Part shown: positions 7,408-10,179 of the stretch, piece after piece | Layout of the letters: each line of letters opens with the position of its first letter | Position numbering within the stretch: position 1 is the stretch's first letter | Origin: Candidatus Bathyarchaeia archaeon | Lineage (GTDB): Archaea; Thermoproteota; Bathyarchaeia; Bathyarchaeales; Bathycorpusculaceae | Assembly: GCA_050012255.1 (NCBI GenBank) | Contig: JBEKHN010000033.1 | Location: forward strand, 1-10,179 | DNA length: 10,179 nt | Direction of reading: 5' to 3' | Translations under genes and position numbers: made by a program | Notes under the pieces: generated by a model | What the model was told of the DNA's origin: nothing | Seen by the model: only the letters and a program-made list of their open reading frames with translations | Databases searched by the model: none

Positions 7408-7464
7408 CTTGAAAGTTTAGGGTCGAAAGGAAAAATAAAAGTTGAATTGCAGACGGGAGAATAG
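7408..7464 (+). pseudogene. Probable 3' remnant of cdvB (ESCRT-III C-terminal winged helix)
   Basis: LESLGSKGKIKVELQTGE* resembles the LxxLxxKGxI winged-helix tail. Its stop is 5 nt before the cdvC ATG and it begins immediately after GCGCGCGC 7400-7407. Confidence 0.55.
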
Positions 7465-7469
7465 AGGTT

Positions 7470-8648
7470 ATGAGTGCTTCCCAAGAGCTTGAGAAGAATG
7501 CAACCAACTACGCGTTGGAAGCAGTGCGCTTGGACAAGCAAGGGTCAGGAGGCATGGCAATAACCATGTATCAGAAAGCCATAGAAAGCCTGCTTCAACT
7601 TGTTCAACTCTATCCTGAATATGGCTTGAACAAAGTCTACGTGCAAAAAGCGATCGCCTACCAAGAACGCATAAAGGCGATACAAGGCGCCGTAGGTATG
7701 CCGCGCGAGCAACCTCACGCAGAAGTTAGAAACGGCGAGTGTGAGGGTGAAACCAAAAAGAGTGAAGGCGGCAAGTCCAGTTACGAAGAACTGATAGTCA
7801 CAGAGAAGCTCAACGTGAAATGGGAGGAAGTCGTTGGACTGGACCCCGCAAAGAAGGCGGTGAAGGAGGCAATAATATATCCTGTTCAGAGACCCGACCT
7901 GTTTCCATTAGGATGGCCACGGGGAATATTGCTCTTCGGGCCGCCAGGTTGCGGGAAAACATTGCTGGGAGCAGCCGTCGCTACCGAAATAGACGCTACT
8001 TTCGTCTCAATTGACGCGGCTTCGATAATGTCAAAATGGTTGGGTGAAGCTGAACAGAATGTCGCACGCCTGTTCGGTCAAGTAAGAAAATCATCGTTGG
8101 AAGGAAAGCCTGCAATAGTCTTCGTCGATGAGCTTGACTCTTTGATGGGAAAACACACAAATGAAGTAGGCGGCGAAATCCGAGTTCGCAACCAGTTCTT
8201 GAAAGAGATGGACGGTATCGTAGACAAGGGCAAAAACCTTCACGTGTACGTGATAGGAGCGACCAACAAGCCTTGGGACTTGGACTGGGCTTTCATAAGA
8301 AGATTTCAGAAAAGAATTCTGGTCCCACTGCCTGACCACCATGCACGATTGATGATGTTCAAGCTCTACACTGCCAGTCTTCAACTTGCTCCAGATGTCG
8401 AGCTGCAGGAGCTCGCGAGACTCTCAGAGGGATTCTCAGGAAGCGACATAAGAGATTTCAACCAGTCGGCACAGCTAAAACTCATCGGCGAATTCTTTGA
8501 GTCGGGTAAGGCAAGCGACAGAATGGCCAAGCCACGACCGTTGACGATGGAAGATTTCAGGGAGATACTCGAAGAAAGAAAGCCAAGCGTATCCCTTGAC
8601 ATGCTGGCGCTTTACAACAGATGGTTTGAAGCGTTTAAGGCTCTCTAG
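7470..8648 (+). CDS. cdvC: CdvC/Vps4-like AAA+ ATPase with MIT domain
   Basis: MIT (YALEAVRLDKQG...AITMYQKAIE), Walker A GPPGCGKT, pore loop SKWLGE, Walker B IVFVDE, GATNKPW, RRF, C-terminal FKAL. Confidence 0.95.
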   Translation: MSASQELEKNATNYALEAVRLDKQGSGGMAITMYQKAIESLLQLVQLYPEYGLNKVYVQKAIAYQERIKAIQGAVGMPREQPHAEVRNGECEGETKKSEGGKSSYEELIVTEKLNVKWEEVVGLDPAKKAVKEAIIYPVQRPDLFPLGWPRGILLFGPPGCGKTLLGAAVATEIDATFVSIDAASIMSKWLGEAEQNVARLFGQVRKSSLEGKPAIVFVDELDSLMGKHTNEVGGEIRVRNQFLKEMDGIVDKGKNLHVYVIGATNKPWDLDWAFIRRFQKRILVPLPDHHARLMMFKLYTASLQLAPDVELQELARLSEGFSGSDIRDFNQSAQLKLIGEFFESGKASDRMAKPRPLTMEDFREILEERKPSVSLDMLALYNRWFEAFKAL

Positions 8649-8726
8649 AAGGAGGATGATGCAACAAGAGTGTGTTGAAGCGTTGGGTGGATAGGTTTAG
8701 CGCGCGCAGCATTAAAATGCTGAAAA

Positions 8727-9872
8727 TCACAGTAGTCTCTGTTGCAGGACGTTCTCCAACCGTTTTATTCTTTCTTGGATAGCCTCGGAATTATCGGACT
8801 CGAAATACAGGCTCGTAGCGTCTATCAGGTCTGCGCTTTGAAGGGCTTCTTCCTTGGAACTCAGCGTTTCCTTGGTTTTCTCGCAATGCGATTTGGTCCC
8901 GTCAAAAACCCTTTCCAGCTTTTTCGTCACATGAAAATCGAATCTGTGGACAACCGTACATCTTCCTCTGAAGTCAGTTGAATCTATCGGTTTTCTTTTT
9001 CGGGTGTCCGCGTATGCCTTTCCATGGAGCCGCCAGTCCCATCCGGCTTCCTCCCCAATCTCAATCAAATCTGGACATTTCCCTTCAACGCGGACATATG
9101 CAGAGCCGTAAGGTTCTTCTTTAAAGGGAAAAATGCCTTCCGGATGATCTTTAGGCAGAACTGAGCAGGATGCCGTCGTTTTGAATCCGCATCTGTTCAG
9201 GTCTTCCACAACTCTGGCAATTCCTAAGTCCACTCTAGGATAGCCATTCAAAACTCTGACGCGTCTTGACGTTTTCTCATAAAGCTCACGTGCCACGGTT
9301 GGTTGAAAAAGCCACACTTGCACCGGAGAATATTCTCTTTCCCAGTCCAATTTCTTTTGATTGTCTATTCCTGAATGTTGTGGTTCTTCATCTATTATAC
9401 AAAGAAAACCATATCTGCATCTCTTGTTGTTGATTTGCTCGCTGAGTTTTCTTAAGTCTTTCAGAACTCCCTTTTTCCTCCGAGTGACGAAGAGGCTCTG
9501 CATCATGGAAATGTCTTTGTAGAACCACTTGACCTCAACAAAGATACCGTGCATTGTGCCTCTTCTGATGAATGCCTCAGGATCCGTAATGTCGATATCG
9601 ATGAATATTGTTCTATCACTCTCTGCATAATTATTGAAGAAGTAATGACTTATTGGAGAATCAAGATGAACATAGCCTTGTCCGAACCTTTTCAGGCAGA
9701 ACCTCGCTAGATGGAAAACAATGTCTCTTTCTTCCCTAAAGTAAGGCCCCCAACATTTCTCAATACCATACTTGAAAGCTTCGTGTACACTGTAGAATTC
9801 GCAAAAGCCCTTCCATGCGCTCTCAAATTGTGCATATTCATCTGGCGTCAAAAATACCATCTCGCTGGACAA
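8727..9872 (-). CDS. Hypothetical two-domain protein: PD-(D/E)XK-like nuclease + TYW3-like domain
   Basis: N-half EERDIV...IDIDI...FVEVKW...KDLRKL; C-half VDLGIARVVEDLNRCGFKTTASCS. 381-aa ORF; start uncertain. Confidence 0.7.
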   Translation of the reverse strand: MSSEMVFLTPDEYAQFESAWKGFCEFYSVHEAFKYGIEKCWGPYFREERDIVFHLARFCLKRFGQGYVHLDSPISHYFFNNYAESDRTIFIDIDITDPEAFIRRGTMHGIFVEVKWFYKDISMMQSLFVTRRKKGVLKDLRKLSEQINNKRCRYGFLCIIDEEPQHSGIDNQKKLDWEREYSPVQVWLFQPTVARELYEKTSRRVRVLNGYPRVDLGIARVVEDLNRCGFKTTASCSVLPKDHPEGIFPFKEEPYGSAYVRVEGKCPDLIEIGEEAGWDWRLHGKAYADTRKRKPIDSTDFRGRCTVVHRFDFHVTKKLERVFDGTKSHCEKTKETLSSKEEALQSADLIDATSLYFESDNSEAIQERIKRLENVLQQRLL

Positions 9873-9990
9873 TAGAACAAATCAATTTAGAAATAAAACT
9901 TCTGGCCGCGCGCGCATGCTTGACTATCAACACGCTTATTAATAGCGCTATAGCCTTGACCTAAGGGCGCTAATTTTGGAGCACAACGCT

Positions 9991-10092
9991 ATGAGCGAAG
10001 AGGAAGAAGAAGAGGAAGAAGAAGAGGAAGAGGAAATAGAGGAAGAAGAATGGGGCATTAGGTGTGGAGCCAAGCTCTACGGAGCCCTATAG
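9991..10092 (+). CDS. 33-aa poly-Glu peptide
   Basis: MS-E13-I-E4-WGIRCGAKLYGAL, with mixed GAA/GAG codons held in frame from the ATG, GGAG at 9978-9981 and CTTATTAAT near 9935. Confidence 0.55.
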   Translation: MSEEEEEEEEEEEEEIEEEEWGIRCGAKLYGAL

Positions 10093-10164
10093 ACGGGGAA
10101 ACAACGCCTTGTTTTTAATACCCTGTTTTTTAATCTTAAAACCTTTGAAGGAGGTGACAGACAA

Positions 10165-10179
10165 ATGGCTAAGTGTCCG
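10165..10179 (+). CDS. Start of a Zn-ribbon protein (MAKCP...), truncated by the window end; possibly a second Cren7-like gene
   Basis: Perfect SD GGAGGTGA at 10150-10157 and TTTTTAAT boxes upstream; only 5 codons are visible. Confidence 0.55.

Larger units (their letters stand above)
1209..9915. repeat. Dispersed intergenic (GC)n motif, consensus TAGCGCGCGC
   Basis: Exact GCGCGCGC at 1211, 1734, 3528, 4722, 7022, 7400, 8700 and 9908. Variants at 1464 (GCGCCCGC), 2832-2841, 3344-3353, 4216-4222, 4304-4313, 6260-6270 and 6341-6348. Confidence 0.9.

Noticed and set aside
5642-8981. ORFs 5642-5923, 6056-6271, 7160-7420, 7820-8014, 8091-8384, 8381-8602 and 8742-8981
   Set aside because: Alternate-frame or antisense overlaps; 7160-7420 crosses the Cys4 gene, the dyad and a junction.
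1-10179. CRISPR array, transposase, integrase, rRNA or tRNA
   Set aside because: None seen; the repeats are short and irregularly spaced, and no recombinase is encoded in the window.

Overview
Archaeal window, most likely Bathyarchaeia (TACK), judged from protein style. It clusters basal transcription and chromatin genes (TBP, a Cren7-like Zn protein, TFB, Alba, TFE-alpha), an RsmB/NOP m5C RNA methyltransferase, a CdvC/Vps4 AAA ATPase and an unusual PD-(D/E)XK nuclease + TYW3-like fusion. Several small proteins are missing from the ORF track: two Cys4 mini-proteins, two very basic peptides, a poly-Glu peptide and the start of a possible second Cren7-like gene. The most striking signal is architectural. 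GCGCGCGC (often TAGCGCGCGC) occurs 8 times exactly, plus several degenerate copies, always between genes. Three separate gene remnants (3' alba, 5' flavodoxin-like, 3' cdvB-like) break off at such sites, so the region reads as a mosaic of modules joined at (GC)n junctions. All family assignments come from motif recognition, not database searches.
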